Below, in pieces: positions 29,038 to 41,661 of a stretch of 64,000 nt of DNA. The position numbers and the translations under genes were made by a program. This stretch comes from an uncultured Bacilli bacterium (GTDB taxonomy: Bacteria > Bacillota_I > Bacilli_A > RF39 > UBA660), in the NCBI GenBank assembly GCA_934129885.1, contig CAKOWU010000004.1, positions 857-64,856 of the forward strand, given 5' to 3'. Position 1 is the first letter of the stretch. The number at the start of each line of letters is the position of its first letter. The notes below the pieces were generated by a model. The model was not told the DNA's origin, made no database searches, and saw nothing but the letters and a program-made list of their open reading frames with translations.

Positions 29038-29460
29038 GTGGCAAATGTAACAAAGAAAATTAAAATTCAAATTCCTGCAGGTAAGGCTACACCAGCTCCA
29101 CCAGTTGGAACAGTTTTAGGTCCAGCAGGAATTAACTTACAAGAATTCTGTACAAAATATAATGACGCAACTAGAGATAAAATGGGAGATATATTACCAG
29201 TGGAAATATCTATCTATGAAGACAGAACTTTCGACTTCGTAATCAAAACTCCACCAACTGCGTTTTTAATAAAGAGAACTTGTAAAATAAATAAAGGAGG
29301 CGTAAAAGGTAAAAACGAAACCGTTGCGACTCTAACCAAAGAACAGCTTAAAGAAATCGCAGAAATTAAGTTACCAGATTTAAACTGTGATAACATTGAA
29401 GCAGCAATGAAAACTGTTGCTGGAACTGCTTTAAACATGGGCGTTAAAGTAGAAGAATAA
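29038..29460 (+). CDS. rplK: 50S ribosomal protein L11
   Basis: A GTG start follows a GGAGG RBS. 'KIQIPAGKATPAPPVGTVLGPAGIN' is present. Confidence 0.9.
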   Translation: MANVTKKIKIQIPAGKATPAPPVGTVLGPAGINLQEFCTKYNDATRDKMGDILPVEISIYEDRTFDFVIKTPPTAFLIKRTCKINKGGVKGKNETVATLTKEQLKEIAEIKLPDLNCDNIEAAMKTVAGTALNMGVKVEE

Positions 29461-29536
29461 GAAAATTAGTACATAGGTTATACCTATGTGGGAGGAAATA
29501 TCGGCTATCCACTAGACCACATAAGGAGGAAAAAAT

Positions 29537-30232
29537 ATGAAAAAAGGTAAAAAGTATGTAGAGGCTGCAAAAAAAATAGATAAGCATCATTTATATACTA
29601 AAGAAGAAGCCGTAAAATTAGTAAAAGAAACAAACGTTGCTAGTTTTGATGCTTCAGTAGAAGTCGCAATGCGTTTAAATTTAGATACCAAAAAAGCAGA
29701 TCAACAATTAAGAGGCGCTACTGTACTTCCTAAAGGAACAGGTAAGGCTAAAAAAGTATTGGTTATTGCCAAAGGTGAAGCAGCAAAAGCCGCTAAAGAT
29801 GCTGGTGCAGATTATGTTGGAGATACTGACATGTTAGAGAAAATCCAAAAAGAAAATTGGTTTGACTTTGATGTTATGGTTGCAACTCCAGATATGATGC
29901 CTGCTCTAGGAAAATTGGGTAGAGTTTTAGGACCAAAAGGTTTAATGCCAAACCCCAAAACTGGAACAGTTACTTTAGATACAGCAAAAGCCGTTGAAGA
30001 AGTAAAAAAAGGTCGTGTTGAATATAGAACAGACTCTTATGGAAATGTTCATGCTTTAATTGGTAAAACATCATTTAGCGAAGAAGATTTGTTAGAAAAC
30101 TTAAATGCGTTTGTAACATTAATTTATAAATCAAAACCTGCCGTTGTAAAAGGTACATACGTTAAAAATATATCTGTATCATCTACAATGGGACCAGGAG
30201 TAAAAGTTGATATAAATAGTTTTGACTTTTAA
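29537..30232 (+). CDS. rplA: 50S ribosomal protein L1
   Basis: The protein is 231 aa with a typical L1 sequence throughout. Confidence 0.9.
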   Translation: MKKGKKYVEAAKKIDKHHLYTKEEAVKLVKETNVASFDASVEVAMRLNLDTKKADQQLRGATVLPKGTGKAKKVLVIAKGEAAKAAKDAGADYVGDTDMLEKIQKENWFDFDVMVATPDMMPALGKLGRVLGPKGLMPNPKTGTVTLDTAKAVEEVKKGRVEYRTDSYGNVHALIGKTSFSEEDLLENLNAFVTLIYKSKPAVVKGTYVKNISVSSTMGPGVKVDINSFDF

Positions 30233-30244
30233 TAAAAGTTATGC

Positions 30245-30385
30245 TATAATTTAATTGCTTGAAAGCCGTAGACAGTAGGGATGAAAATTTAAAAATCCTA
30301 CCGAGGAACTTACTTTATTTAAGTGTTTTCGCTCTGTCTACTTACTAGACAGAGTTTTTACGGCATTAATAAAATAAAGGAGGTG
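30245..30385 (+). promoter_or_regulatory. rplJ leader (L10-leader-like autoregulatory region) with extended -10 promoter TGcTATAAT and a terminator/antiterminator hairpin
   Basis: The sequence 'gttatgctataat' is followed by the structured 'gccgtagacagtagggatg...cctaccgagg' and the hairpin 'cgctctgtctacttactagacagagttttt'. Confidence 0.45.
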
Positions 30386-30391
30386 TTGATA

Positions 30392-30886
30392 TTGGCAAAT
30401 CAAAAAGTCCTAGATAAAAAGCAAGAAATAATTAACGAGATCAGCGATAATATCAAAAATTCAAGTTCAACAATATTTTTTGACTATCAAGGACTAACCG
30501 CAATGGAGACAAATGAGTTAAGAGGTCTGCTTAAAGAAAATGGTTCCAAATTAAAAATCTATAAAAATACATTAGTTAAAAGAGCATTAGATTCTTTGAA
30601 AATTACTCTAAACGAAGATTTAGAAGGACCAAAAGCCGTAGCATTTGGTACTGACGCAGTCGCACCAATCAAGACTCTTAGTGATTACTCAAAAAAACAT
30701 CCTGCACTAGAATTAAAACTTGGACTAGTTGAAGGAGAGTTAACTGATGAGGCAAAATTAAAAGAATTATCAACTATCCCATCAAGAGACGGCTTACTTA
30801 CAATGCTTGCGTCTGGACTTATGGGTACAGTTAGAGACTTATCAATTTGCTTAGATTTATATTCTAAGGATTTAGAAGAAAAATAA
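30392..30886 (+). CDS. rplJ: 50S ribosomal protein L10
   Basis: A TTG start lies 8 nt after an AAGGAGG RBS. '[18 protein letters not shown]' and 'KIYKNTL' are present. Confidence 0.85.
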   Translation: MANQKVLDKKQEIINEISDNIKNSSSTIFFDYQGLTAMETNELRGLLKENGSKLKIYKNTLVKRALDSLKITLNEDLEGPKAVAFGTDAVAPIKTLSDYSKKHPALELKLGLVEGELTDEAKLKELSTIPSRDGLLTMLASGLMGTVRDLSICLDLYSKDLEEK

Positions 30887-30905
30887 AAAAGAAAGGAATG
30901 ATATA

Positions 30906-31271
30906 ATGGCAAAATTTACAAAAGATGAATTTATTAGTGGATTAAAAGAAATGACTATTCTTGAAGTTAAAGAATTAGTAGATGCAATGAAGGAGGAATT
31001 TGGTGTTGACCCTAGTGCCGTTGCCGTTGCAGCAGCCCCAGCCGCTGAAGAACAAGCAGGTCCTAGCAAGGTTACTCTTGTACTAGCAAGTGCTGGTGGA
31101 AACAAAATTCCAGTTATCAAATTAGTTAGAGACATCACTGGTCTTGGACTTAAAGAAGCAAAGGCTATCGCAGATAACGGAGGAAACATTAAAGAAGATA
31201 TTACTCCAGAAGAAGCTAATGAATTAAAAGCACAGTTCGAAGAAGCTGGTGCAACAGTAGAAATAAAATAA
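30906..31271 (+). CDS. rplL: 50S ribosomal protein L7/L12
   Basis: '[20 protein letters not shown]' is followed by an Ala-rich hinge, and the C-terminus is '[15 protein letters not shown]...[10 protein letters not shown]'. Confidence 0.9.
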   Translation: MAKFTKDEFISGLKEMTILEVKELVDAMKEEFGVDPSAVAVAAAPAAEEQAGPSKVTLVLASAGGNKIPVIKLVRDITGLGLKEAKAIADNGGNIKEDITPEEANELKAQFEEAGATVEIK

Positions 31272-31333
31272 TAATACAAAAGCCTGTACTTAAAATAAGT
31301 ATGGGCTTTACCCATAATTTAAGGAGCGTTAAA

Positions 31334-31912
31334 ATGACCCACTATTTTACCAATGATTATATAAAAAGTGATGAAAAAACAATTTTAGTAAAAATAAAGA
31401 ACCAAGATTTTGAATTCAAAGTAGATAATGGGGTCTTCTCTAAAAAAGGTTTAGATTTTGGAACCAGAACATTATTAGAAAACTTGCCAGAACTAAGAGG
31501 AAATATATTAGATTTTGGATGTGGATATGGACCTATCGGGATATATATTGCAAAAACGTACAACTGTAATGTCGATATGATTGATATAAACAATAGAAGT
31601 CTTTCACTAGCAGTCAAAAATTCAAAAATAAACAACGTCAAAACAACTATATTCGCCAGCGACATATATGCGAATGTTACTAAAAAATATGACTATATAA
31701 TAACTAATCCGCCAATAAGGGTAGGAAACACAATACTTTTTCAAATACTTTTAGATGCAAAAAAATATTTGAAAAAAGGTGGAGAATTATGGCTGGTAAT
31801 AAATAAAAACCAAGGAGCCAAAACGATTTATAAAACATTAGAGAACCATTACAACACATCACTAATCACAAAAAATAAAGGCTTTTATATAATAAGAGCC
31901 CAGAATATATAA
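31334..31912 (+). CDS. Class I SAM-dependent methyltransferase (YbxB/RsmC-like)
   Basis: The SAM-binding motif 'ILDFGCGYGPIG' and the 'NPPI' motif are present. Its position between rplL and rpoB matches Bacillus ybxB. Confidence 0.75.
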   Translation: MTHYFTNDYIKSDEKTILVKIKNQDFEFKVDNGVFSKKGLDFGTRTLLENLPELRGNILDFGCGYGPIGIYIAKTYNCNVDMIDINNRSLSLAVKNSKINNVKTTIFASDIYANVTKKYDYIITNPPIRVGNTILFQILLDAKKYLKKGGELWLVINKNQGAKTIYKTLENHYNTSLITKNKGFYIIRAQNI

Positions 31913-31940
31913 AAAGGGGACTTTGGAAAGGAGCATAAAC

Positions 31941-32540
31941 ATGAATGCAGAGCAAACAAAAGATAAAATCATAAAAATTAGAGATGAAGAAATTGAAACC
32001 CTAGAAACAAGCCGCCCAAAAGAAATAAAAATAGATGGTGACTTTTTCGAAAATGCTACACTAGGTTTATATTATGAAGTTTTATCCACATTTATCGAAA
32101 AAATAACCACGACGACAGATAATCCAGAAACATTTATATTTATAGATAATTGCTTTGAGAAAGAAGGGGTAGTAAGATATAATGACTTAGACCTAATCAC
32201 TTCGTCACCACACTTACATAGAATTTCGGCCACGGAATTCCCCGAATTACACGGAAAAGTCTTTATAGAAAAATTATTTATTACACTTTTAAAAAAACAT
32301 CCTTATTCAGTACTATTTTCAAAAGTAAAGTCAAAAGTTGGTTATAATCATGAATTGTGTTTTCATTTGATGTCTAATCAAGAAAGCTTGAAAACGTTTA
32401 GAGAATTTATAAATCAAAAAGATATATTAGATATTGAACATCAAGCAGAGACCACGATAATAAGATTATATGAAACAGATCAAAAAGATACATCGTGCAA
32501 AAAATATGTAAAATCCACCATTGAACGCATAAAAATATAA
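31941..32540 (+). CDS. Hypothetical protein. It is paralogous to the next gene, with a shared 'HPYSVLFSK(V/I)K' motif.
   Basis: The ATG has an aaaggag RBS. No known domain was recognised. Confidence 0.4.
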   Translation: MNAEQTKDKIIKIRDEEIETLETSRPKEIKIDGDFFENATLGLYYEVLSTFIEKITTTTDNPETFIFIDNCFEKEGVVRYNDLDLITSSPHLHRISATEFPELHGKVFIEKLFITLLKKHPYSVLFSKVKSKVGYNHELCFHLMSNQESLKTFREFINQKDILDIEHQAETTIIRLYETDQKDTSCKKYVKSTIERIKI

Positions 32541-32579
32541 AAGAATAATAAGGGTCAAAAAAGCAAAGGAGTGAAATTA

Positions 32580-33248
32580 ATGAATATTACAGAATTAAAA
32601 TATCAAATAGATGCCATGGACAGAAAAAATACATTGCAATCCAATGAAACAAAACTCAAATATTGTGAACAATGCACATTAGAATTGTATTATCAAATAA
32701 TAAACGCTACCATTGACAGTACGCTAGCTAACACAAAAAAATATGGTGCACAGTATATCACTGAAAACTATTTTTTCGCCACTAACCATCCAAAAAAAGA
32801 ACGCATGAGTTGTCTTGATTGTCCTGATTGTACCATAGAACAATCAGAATATGAAAGTGAAATCTACTGTGCCGCTTTTCCTAATCTATATAGAGTAATG
32901 CCATATAACACATTTGCGGTCACTGACAAAGTTTTCACGCTAGATTTTTTTATTAATCTTCTAGAACAACACCCTTATTCAGTCCTATTCTCCAAAATCA
33001 AAAAGGATACAGAGAGCATATGCGACACGTCATTTTACTTCACTTCCTCATTAGAGAATATCAAAATCTTCAAAGCAGCGTTACTAGCAGAAAAAGCCCA
33101 AGCAAAAGTGTGCGACAAAACAATAATCGAGTCTTGTAGAAAAATGCAAAGTGAAAATCCATCCAAAAAATTTCTAAAAAGTTTATATAATACATTTAGT
33201 ACAAACAAAGATAAAATACGCAAGAAGCGAAACAATGATGGATATTGA
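32580..33248 (+). CDS. Hypothetical protein, paralog of the ORF at 31941, with an extra Cys cluster 'CEQC...CLDCPDC'
   Basis: The RBS is aaaggagtg. Shared blocks with the upstream gene are 'TLELYYQIINATID' and 'LLEQHPYSVLFSKIK'. Confidence 0.4.
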   Translation: MNITELKYQIDAMDRKNTLQSNETKLKYCEQCTLELYYQIINATIDSTLANTKKYGAQYITENYFFATNHPKKERMSCLDCPDCTIEQSEYESEIYCAAFPNLYRVMPYNTFAVTDKVFTLDFFINLLEQHPYSVLFSKIKKDTESICDTSFYFTSSLENIKIFKAALLAEKAQAKVCDKTIIESCRKMQSENPSKKFLKSLYNTFSTNKDKIRKKRNNDGY

Positions 33249-33436
33249 GCAGTTTAAAAATAACACCAACCGCATCAGTACTGCTGAAATAGAAGAAAAA
33301 AAACTCAAGACCAAGTCAAATCAAGCCTTGCGAACAGAGAATATTAGAATTTTACCATTTACAACACTTCCTAAAAGCTAGTAACAATCAAAGGTGGACT
33401 TTGGTTGTTTCACTATTATAATTAGACGTTAAAAAA

Positions 33437-33487
33437 TCAAGGCCAAGATGAACTCACTTCGTTCGCCCTTGATTTTTCCTTATATAA
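33437..33487 (+). terminator. Rho-independent terminator upstream of the rpoB promoter
   Basis: The hairpin 'ATCAAGGccaagatgaactcacttcgttcgCCCTTGATttttcc' is followed at 33618-33648 by the rpoB promoter, TTGACA-17-TATAAT. Confidence 0.5.
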
Positions 33488-33721
33488 ATTGAAAAAATTT
33501 ACCAATTAAATGCAATCTGATATTTTTGTACGGTTAAATGCAATACTTATGGGAATAGGGGCTGCATTTAGTTTTACTTTTGATAAAATAAATTTATTTA
33601 CCCTTTTTTACTGCAAAACAATTGACAATTTGGCAAGAAGTGTCTATAATTATAAATTGGCGGCATGTACTTTTAAAAACATGTAAAAGACCGAAAAAAA
33701 CTAGTTTAATGAGGTGAGAGA

Positions 33722-36700
33722 TTGGCTTACAAAATTCAAAAAATATCTAAAAACCGCGAGAGAAGAACATATGCAAAAACAAAAAATGCAATCGAATTAT
33801 CTAACTTGTTAGATATTCAAAAATCATCATACAACTGGTTCCTAGAAAAAGGAATTCAGGAAGTTTTTGATGATATTTTTCCAGTGGAAAGTTTCACTGG
33901 TAATTTGTCGTTAGAATTTGGAGAATATTCTTTCGATGAACCAAGGTATTCAATAAAAAAATGCAAAGAAAGAGACGCAACATACGCTGCTCCTTTAAAG
34001 GTAGAAGCAAGACTTTTTAACGTTGAAACCGGCGAGGTAAAAGAACAAGAAATTTACCTAGGCGACATGCCAATAATGACTGAAAGCGGGTCATTTATAG
34101 TAAACGGAGCCGAAAGAGTTATCGTATCACAGCTTGTCAGAAGTCCATCAGTCTATTTTGGTAAAGAAGTAGATAAGAAAAACGGTAAAGTAACCGTTGG
34201 TGCCCAAGTAATCCCAACAAGAGGAACATGGCTTGAGTACGAAATTGATGCAAGAGACATAATCTACGTTAGAATCGACAGAACAAGAAAAGTACCAATT
34301 ACAACATTACTTCGTGCCGTAGGGCTATCATCAGATTCTGATATCGTAGACCTATTTGGCGAAAGTGATTATTTACTAAAAACAATCGAAAAAGACGCTA
34401 ATAAAAACACCGACGAAGCCTTAATTGATATACATTCAAAATTAAGGCCAGGTGAACCGTCAACACTTGAAAGTGCTAAAAATCAGTTAATCACTAGATT
34501 CTTTGACGCATTTCGTTATGACTTAGCCAAGGTGGGACGTTACAAATTCAATAAAAAACTAAACGTTATGGATAGACTTTTAGGTTGCACATTAGCAGAA
34601 AACATCAAAGTAGATGGCAAGCTAATCGCCAAAATAGGAGACGAAGTAACTAAGGAATTACTTAATACCTTAAAGCCTGTCTTCGAAAACGGCTATGGAC
34701 GTAAAGAAGTATTAATTAACCACGACTTAGATACGTACGACACCGTTCAAGTAGTCAAAGTATATTCAAAAAAAGATAGAGACAAAATTGTTAATATCAT
34801 TGGTAATGATAGCGAAATAGATATCAAAAGACTTACTATTTCGGATATCTACGCGTCAGTATCATATTATCTAAATCTATTAGAAGGCATAGGATCATTT
34901 GACGAAATAGATCATCTATCAAATAGACGTGTAAGACAAGTCGGCGAATTATTACAAAATCAATTCAGAATTGGTATAAGCAGAATAGAAAGAATGATTA
35001 GAGATAGAATGAGTACTCAAGATATCAATGAAGTTACTCCAAAATCACTAATCAACATAAGACCATTAACGGCATCAATCAAAGAATTCTTTGGTTCATC
35101 ACAACTATCACAGTTCATGGATCAAATTAACCCAATCGCCGAACTAACAAACAAAAGAAGACTTTCTTCATTAGGACCAGGCGGACTATCAAGAGATAGA
35201 GCAGGCATGGAAGTTCGTGATGTTAATCCATCACACTATGGTAGATTGTGTCCAGTAGAATCTCCAGAAGGACCTAACATCGGACTTATCACGTCACTAG
35301 CATCTTACGCTAAAGTTGACGAATATGGTTTCATCATGACTCCATATAGAAAAGTAGAAAAAAGCCACGTAACAGACGAAATAAGATATATGACTGCTGA
35401 CGAAGAAGAAGAATACTATATTGCACCTGCCACAATAAAAATAAATGATGACGGTGAAATCGTAAACGAACGTGAAACCGTCAGATATCAAACTGATACA
35501 ATGATGGTTACCAAAGACAAAATCGATTACATGGATGTGTCTCCACAACAAGTTATCTCAATAACAACAAGTGGAATTCCATTCCTAGAACACGACGATG
35601 GAAAACGTGCCCTAATGGGTGCTAACATGCAAAGACAAGCAATACCGCTTTTAAAAGCCGAAGCTCCATTAGTAGGAACAGGCGTTGAAGCCATTGCTGC
35701 TAGAGACTCAGGCGCAGTTGTCCTTGCTAAAGCAGACGGTGTAGTAACATATGCAGATGCCAAAAAAATAATTGTAAAAAATGCCAAAGGCACAGACACA
35801 TACTATCTAGATGGCTTCACCGGTAGTAACATGAATACTTGTTATCATCAAGTTCCAATCGTCAAAAAAGGCGACGAAGTCACAAAAGATATGGTTATCG
35901 CTGACGGTCCAAGTACCGACGAAGGCGAAATGGCTCTTGGTAAAAACGTCCTAGTCGCATTCGTTAACTATGACGGATATAACTACGAAGATGCCGTTGT
36001 CCTAAATGAGAGATTAGTTAAGGATGATGTCTACACATCTATTCATATCAAGGATTATGAAATAGAGTGTCGTGATACTAAACTCGGCACTGAAGAATTT
36101 ACTCGCGATATACCAAACGTTGGTGAAGAGGCAAGAAAAAATCTTGATGAAAACGGAATTATTAGAATCGGTACCGAAGTAAAAGATGATGACATCTTAG
36201 TTGGTAAAGTTACCCCAAAAGGAATGGCGGAACTTACATCAGAAGAAAAACTACTTCACGCCATCTTTGGTGAAAAAACAAGAGAAGTAAGAGATACTTC
36301 ACTTAGAGTACAACATGGTGCCGGCGGTATCGTTCACGACATAAAAATTCTATCAAAAGAAAACGGTGACGAACTACCAGCGGGAGTAAGCAAGAAAATC
36401 AGGGTTTATATAGCCCAAAAACGTAAAATATCAGTCGGAGATAAAATGGCTGGACGTCATGGTAATAAAGGTGTTATTTCATTAGTATTGCCAGAAGAAG
36501 ATATGCCATATATGGAAGATGGAAGAACTGTAGACGTTCTATTAAACCCACTTGGAGTACCTTCCCGTATGAACATCGGACAAATACTAGAGTTGCATCT
36601 AGGAATGGCCGCAAAAAGCCTAAATATCCACGTCGCAACACCAGTGTTCGATGGTGCAACTAGACACGAAATAATAGATGCCCTAGACGAAGCTGGATTG

Positions 36701-37378
36701 CCAAAAGACGGAAAAATGACACTATATGATGGAAGAACCGGTATGCCATTTGATCATCGTATCGCCGTAGGCGTTATGTACATGATTAAACTAGACCACA
36801 TGGTTGATGATAAGTTGCACGCTCGTTCAACAGGACCTTACTCATTAGTTACTCAGCAACCGCTTGGTGGTAAAGCTCAGTTTGGTGGACAGAGATTCGG
36901 AGAAATGGAAGTTTGGGCATTATATGCTTATGGTGCTGCCCATATCTTGCAAGAAATGATGACCATCAAGTCAGATGACGTAACAGGACGTGTTAAAGTA
37001 TACGAGGCTTTAGTCAAAGGCGAAGAACTTCCAGAATCAGGCGTACCAGAAAGTTTCAGAGTAGTTATTAAAGAATTCCAAGCCCTTGGACTTGATATTA
37101 CGGTATTAAATAACGAAGGTAAATTCGTTGAACTAAAAGACCTAGAAGAAGCCGAGAAAGAAACCTACGTTGTGGCCTCTGATCTAGAAAAAGAAATCAT
37201 GAAATCAAAAGAAAATAATCAACAACAAGCCGCTGACTTTTTAGGCGAACTAGACGAAAATGGCCTAGACGAATCCGATGAAGAAAATGACATCGCTGAT
37301 ATAGATATGGACGAAGATATCGAGCCAGAAGAGTTAGAAAAAAATTCAGAATATAATCTGGAAGGGGATGAAAATTAA
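33722..37378 (+). CDS. rpoB: DNA-directed RNA polymerase beta subunit
   Basis: The protein is 1218 aa with conserved RpoB blocks throughout. It has a TTG start. Confidence 0.95.
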   Translation: MAYKIQKISKNRERRTYAKTKNAIELSNLLDIQKSSYNWFLEKGIQEVFDDIFPVESFTGNLSLEFGEYSFDEPRYSIKKCKERDATYAAPLKVEARLFNVETGEVKEQEIYLGDMPIMTESGSFIVNGAERVIVSQLVRSPSVYFGKEVDKKNGKVTVGAQVIPTRGTWLEYEIDARDIIYVRIDRTRKVPITTLLRAVGLSSDSDIVDLFGESDYLLKTIEKDANKNTDEALIDIHSKLRPGEPSTLESAKNQLITRFFDAFRYDLAKVGRYKFNKKLNVMDRLLGCTLAENIKVDGKLIAKIGDEVTKELLNTLKPVFENGYGRKEVLINHDLDTYDTVQVVKVYSKKDRDKIVNIIGNDSEIDIKRLTISDIYASVSYYLNLLEGIGSFDEIDHLSNRRVRQVGELLQNQFRIGISRIERMIRDRMSTQDINEVTPKSLINIRPLTASIKEFFGSSQLSQFMDQINPIAELTNKRRLSSLGPGGLSRDRAGMEVRDVNPSHYGRLCPVESPEGPNIGLITSLASYAKVDEYGFIMTPYRKVEKSHVTDEIRYMTADEEEEYYIAPATIKINDDGEIVNERETVRYQTDTMMVTKDKIDYMDVSPQQVISITTSGIPFLEHDDGKRALMGANMQRQAIPLLKAEAPLVGTGVEAIAARDSGAVVLAKADGVVTYADAKKIIVKNAKGTDTYYLDGFTGSNMNTCYHQVPIVKKGDEVTKDMVIADGPSTDEGEMALGKNVLVAFVNYDGYNYEDAVVLNERLVKDDVYTSIHIKDYEIECRDTKLGTEEFTRDIPNVGEEARKNLDENGIIRIGTEVKDDDILVGKVTPKGMAELTSEEKLLHAIFGEKTREVRDTSLRVQHGAGGIVHDIKILSKENGDELPAGVSKKIRVYIAQKRKISVGDKMAGRHGNKGVISLVLPEEDMPYMEDGRTVDVLLNPLGVPSRMNIGQILELHLGMAAKSLNIHVATPVFDGATRHEIIDALDEAGLPKDGKMTLYDGRTGMPFDHRIAVGVMYMIKLDHMVDDKLHARSTGPYSLVTQQPLGGKAQFGGQRFGEMEVWALYAYGAAHILQEMMTIKSDDVTGRVKVYEALVKGEELPESGVPESFRVVIKEFQALGLDITVLNNEGKFVELKDLEEAEKETYVVASDLEKEIMKSKENNQQQAADFLGELDENGLDESDEENDIADIDMDEDIEPEELEKNSEYNLEGDEN

Positions 37379-40300
37379 TGGATGCAAATAGTTTTGAAGG
37401 TATTAGAATTGCCATTGCCTCACCAGAAAAAATCCGTTCATGGTCATATGGTGAAGTAAAAAAAGCAGAGACTATGAATTACCGTACATTAAAACCTGAA
37501 AGAGATGGATTATTTTGTGAAAAAATATTCGGACCAACAAAAGACTTTGAATGTGCTTGTGGTAAATACAAAAGATTAAGATATAAAAATATTATCTGTG
37601 ATAGATGCGGAGTAGAAGTTACAAAATCTAAAGTACGTCGTGAACGTATGGGACACATAGAACTCGCTACTCCAGTGTCTCACATTTGGTTCTTTAAAGG
37701 AGTACCATCAAGAATGGGACTAGTGCTTGATATGTCTCCAAGAGAACTAGAAGAAGTATTATACTTCGTCTCATATGTTATATTGGATAAAGGTGATACA
37801 CCTTTAGAAAATAAACAAACAATATCTGATAAAGAATATCGTACTTATGTAGAAAAATATGGTAACTCTTTTAGAGCAGGCATGGGTGCTGAAGCCATAA
37901 AAGAATTACTAGAAAAAGTTGACCTTGAAAAAGAAGTCGCAGACATCAAGGCTAAAATAGAAGAAATCAAAGACACAACTAGTCAAAAAAGAATCAGACT
38001 AATCAAAAGGCTAGATGTTTTAGATGCATTTTTAGAATCAGGAAATAGACCTGAATGGATGATCCTAGACGCACTTCCAGTAATACCACCAGAATTAAGA
38101 CCAATGATACAACTAGATGGTGGAAGATTCGCAACATCAGATTTAAATGACTTATATAGAAGAGTAATTAACCGTAATAACCGTTTGAAAAAACTAATCG
38201 AGTTGAATGCTCCGTCAATAATCATTCAAAACGAAAAAAGAATGTTGCAAGAAGCCGTAGATGCTCTATTCGATAATGGCAGAAGAGGTAAAAACATTAC
38301 TGGGCCAGGTAACAGACCTTTAAAATCACTATCAAGTATGTTAAAAGGTAAACAAGGAAGATTCCGTCAAAACTTGTTAGGTAAACGTGTTGACTATTCT
38401 GCTCGTTCAGTTATCGTAGTAGGACCATCGCTAAAAATGTATGAATGTGGTATACCAAAAGAAATGGCACTTGAACTATTCAAACCTCATGTAATTGAGG
38501 GACTATGTTCAAAAGAAATTGCCGCTAATATTAAAGCTGCAAAAAAAATGATCGAAAATCAAGATGAAAGAGTATGGGATATTGTTGAAGAAAAAATCAA
38601 AGAACACCCAGTGCTACTTAATAGAGCACCAACCCTACATAGACTTGGTATTCAAGCATTCGAACCAAAACTAATAGAAGGTAAAGCCATAAGACTTCAC
38701 CCATTAGTGTGTGCCGCATTTAACGCTGACTTCGATGGTGACCAAATGGCTGTCCACGTACCAATAAGTACTGAAGCACAAGCCGAAGCCAGAATATTAA
38801 TGCTTGGCGCAAATAATATTCTATCTCCTAAAAATGGTGCACCAATAGTTACACCATCACAGGATATGGTACTAGGTAACTACTACCTAACATTAGAAAA
38901 GGCTGGACTAGAAGGCGAAGGTAGAGCATTCAGAAACTCAAACGACGCCATCATGGCATATCAAAGAGGAGAAATTACCTTACATACCAGAATTGCACTT
39001 CCAGTAAATTCATTTAGACATAAAATATTCCCAGATAAATACATGGATAAATATTTAATGACCACCCCAGGTAAATTAATCTTCAATGACGTCTTCCCAG
39101 ATACATTCCAATATATAAATGATGGTAGTGATGAAAATGTTAAAAATATTACACCTGCCAAATACTTTATAAATAGAGGCGAAAACTTAAAAGAAGCCAT
39201 AAAAGCAATGCCACTTACAAAAGCTTTAAATAAAAGTGCACTTGGAGAATTAATTGCTCAAATCTATAAACGTTATCAAACAACTGAAACATCAGTAATG
39301 CTTGATGCAATAAAAGACTTAGGATTTAAATACTCAACATTATCTGGAATAAGTTTCTCAATTTCAGACGTTGAAGAGTCAAAAATAAAAGCTGAAGTAG
39401 TAGAAAAAGCTCAGGCTAGAGTAGATGCTATAAACAAGCAATATCGTAGAGGTTTAATTACCGATAAAGAAAGATATGATAGAGTAATCGATACTTGGTT
39501 TAAAGCTAAAGACGACGTTTATAGCGATCTAGAAAAATGGCTTAAAGATAACCCTGATTCATCAATCAGTATGATGATCGATTCTAAAGCCCGTGGTTCT
39601 ATTAAAGAATATGGACAACTTGCAGGTATGCGTGGAATCATGAACAAACCAACTGGAGACTACGTAGAAATACCTATATTGTCTTCATTCTCAGAAGGTG
39701 TTACCGTATCAGAATTCTTTACATCAACCCATGGTACTCGTAAAGGAGCCGTAGATACAGCCCTTAAAACAGCGGACGCCGGATATTTAACAAGAAGACT
39801 TGTTGACGTTGTTCAAGACGTTATCGTAAAAGAAGATGACTGTGGCACAGACCAAGGTCTAGTGGTATCAGAAATTCTAAATACAGACGGTACACTAATA
39901 GAATCATTGGAAGAAAGAATAACTGGAAGATACACTAATAAAAAGATTATAAATCCAGAAACAAAAGAAGTAATGTATGATAAAGATACATACATAACAG
40001 AAGCAATAGCAGAGAAAATAGTTAAAGCTGGTATCACTAAAGTACCAATTAGAACAGCCTTAACTTGTAAAACAGATCACGGTGTTTGTAAAAAATGTTA
40101 TGGGCGTAACCTTGCTACTGGTGCAGAAGTTGAAATTGGTGAAGCAATCGGTATCATGGCCGCACAATCAATTGGTGAACCAGGTACACAACTTACCATG
40201 AAAAACTTCAACACCGGTGGAGTTGCGGGTGGTGAAGATATTACCCAAGGTCTTCCACGTGTTCAAGAAATATTCGAAGCACGTAATCCGAAAGGTAAAG

Positions 40301-41013
40301 CAACCATTTCTGAAATCAATGGTGTAGTAACTCAAATAGTAGATGAAGGTGGACACTTCAAAATCTCTGTCAAAAATGATGTTGAAACAAAAGAACATTC
40401 GACAAACTATGGAGTTGAAGTAATCGTTTCAGAAGGACAAGAAGTTAAAGCCGGCGAAAAACTTACCAAAGGTGCTATAAGTCCTAAAGAATTATTAGTC
40501 GTAACAGACCCTATCACCGTACAGCAATATATTCTAGCAGAAATCCAAAGAGTATATCGTTCACAAGGTGTTGAAGTCGCAGACAAACACGTTGAAGTAA
40601 TTGCTAAAAGAATGATATCTAAAATAAGAATAGTAGATTCTGGTGATTCATTATTCTTACCAGGCACTATGATAGACATCAATAAATTCACTGACGGAAA
40701 CAAAAAACTAATTCTAGAAGGTAAAAGACCATCAATTGGCAAGCCAGTATTACTAGGCATCACAAAAGCCTCACTTGAAACAGACTCATTCTTATCTGCT
40801 GCTTCGTTCCAAGAAACAACTAGAATCTTAACAGATGCTGCCGTTCACGGAAAAGTTGACCATCTAGTGGGACTAAAAGAAAATGTCATAATGGGTAAAC
40901 TTATTCCAGCAGGAACTGGTGCTAAGCAATATCGTGAAGCAAAATATACCCTAGAAAATGAACTTTTAAAAGAAGAACCTCTAGAGGCTTTAGAACAAGA
41001 ACTAATGGATTAA
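37378..41013 (+). CDS. rpoC: DNA-directed RNA polymerase beta' subunit
   Basis: The protein is 1211 aa and carries the 'NADFDGDQM' catalytic motif and a Zn-binding Cys cluster. Its start overlaps the rpoB stop. Confidence 0.95.
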   Translation: MDANSFEGIRIAIASPEKIRSWSYGEVKKAETMNYRTLKPERDGLFCEKIFGPTKDFECACGKYKRLRYKNIICDRCGVEVTKSKVRRERMGHIELATPVSHIWFFKGVPSRMGLVLDMSPRELEEVLYFVSYVILDKGDTPLENKQTISDKEYRTYVEKYGNSFRAGMGAEAIKELLEKVDLEKEVADIKAKIEEIKDTTSQKRIRLIKRLDVLDAFLESGNRPEWMILDALPVIPPELRPMIQLDGGRFATSDLNDLYRRVINRNNRLKKLIELNAPSIIIQNEKRMLQEAVDALFDNGRRGKNITGPGNRPLKSLSSMLKGKQGRFRQNLLGKRVDYSARSVIVVGPSLKMYECGIPKEMALELFKPHVIEGLCSKEIAANIKAAKKMIENQDERVWDIVEEKIKEHPVLLNRAPTLHRLGIQAFEPKLIEGKAIRLHPLVCAAFNADFDGDQMAVHVPISTEAQAEARILMLGANNILSPKNGAPIVTPSQDMVLGNYYLTLEKAGLEGEGRAFRNSNDAIMAYQRGEITLHTRIALPVNSFRHKIFPDKYMDKYLMTTPGKLIFNDVFPDTFQYINDGSDENVKNITPAKYFINRGENLKEAIKAMPLTKALNKSALGELIAQIYKRYQTTETSVMLDAIKDLGFKYSTLSGISFSISDVEESKIKAEVVEKAQARVDAINKQYRRGLITDKERYDRVIDTWFKAKDDVYSDLEKWLKDNPDSSISMMIDSKARGSIKEYGQLAGMRGIMNKPTGDYVEIPILSSFSEGVTVSEFFTSTHGTRKGAVDTALKTADAGYLTRRLVDVVQDVIVKEDDCGTDQGLVVSEILNTDGTLIESLEERITGRYTNKKIINPETKEVMYDKDTYITEAIAEKIVKAGITKVPIRTALTCKTDHGVCKKCYGRNLATGAEVEIGEAIGIMAAQSIGEPGTQLTMKNFNTGGVAGGEDITQGLPRVQEIFEARNPKGKATISEINGVVTQIVDEGGHFKISVKNDVETKEHSTNYGVEVIVSEGQEVKAGEKLTKGAISPKELLVVTDPITVQQYILAEIQRVYRSQGVEVADKHVEVIAKRMISKIRIVDSGDSLFLPGTMIDINKFTDGNKKLILEGKRPSIGKPVLLGITKASLETDSFLSAASFQETTRILTDAAVHGKVDHLVGLKENVIMGKLIPAGTGAKQYREAKYTLENELLKEEPLEALEQELMD

Positions 41014-41097
41014 TTCATTAGTTTTTTCATCATAAAATTAGTTGACATACACGCGTTTGTATAGTATGCTTAAGATACCATGTAGGAGGTAACCAAA

Positions 41098-41649
41098 ATG
41101 TTTAATTATATAAAAGGAACAGTAACCGATGTAGAAAGTAATTACATAGTATTAGAAGCTAACAATATAGGGTATGAAATATATACCCCAAACCCTTATT
41201 CTTTTGAAGAAAGCAAAGACTATAAAATATATCTGTATCAATATATCAGAGAAGATGAAAATACATTATATGGTTTTAAGTCACAAGAAGAAAAAGACTT
41301 ATTTTTAAAACTTATTAGCGTAAAAGGTTTAGGATGTAAGATGGCTCTTCCAATGTTTACTAGCGGCAACCCAAATGGTATAATAGATGCTATTGAAAGA
41401 GAAAATATTATTTACTTAAAAAAATTCCCTAAAATAGGTGATAAAGTTGCAAGACAAATAATATTAGATTTAAAAGGTAAACTAACAAGCACTGGAGAAC
41501 CTGAGGCTGATAATTTATCAGAATTAAAAGAAGCCTTAAAAAGTCTTGGGTATAAAAGTGCTGACATCAATAGGATTTCAAAACAAATAGATCCTAATCT
41601 AGAAGTAGAACAGCAAATAAAAGAAGCCCTAAAATGTTTGCTTAAATAG
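41098..41649 (+). CDS. ruvA: Holliday junction branch-migration complex subunit RuvA
   Basis: The N-terminal OB fold 'MFNYIKGTV' and the HhH motif 'LISVKGLGCKMAL' are present. Confidence 0.85.
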   Translation: MFNYIKGTVTDVESNYIVLEANNIGYEIYTPNPYSFEESKDYKIYLYQYIREDENTLYGFKSQEEKDLFLKLISVKGLGCKMALPMFTSGNPNGIIDAIERENIIYLKKFPKIGDKVARQIILDLKGKLTSTGEPEADNLSELKEALKSLGYKSADINRISKQIDPNLEVEQQIKEALKCLLK

Positions 41650-41661
41650 GAGGTAAAATAA

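Noticed and set aside
35297-35799. Minus-strand ORFs inside rpoB and rpoC (also 36474-36659, 37983-38225, 38961-39200, 39813-40037, 40168-40763) and inside other confident genes (299-523, 3072-3290, 5958-6407, 6831-7232, 10323-10712, 24526-24903, 28569-28877, 30872-31315, 41412-41795, 48649-49020, 54381-54719)
   Set aside because: These are antisense to strongly supported conserved genes, have no RBS, and are low-complexity.
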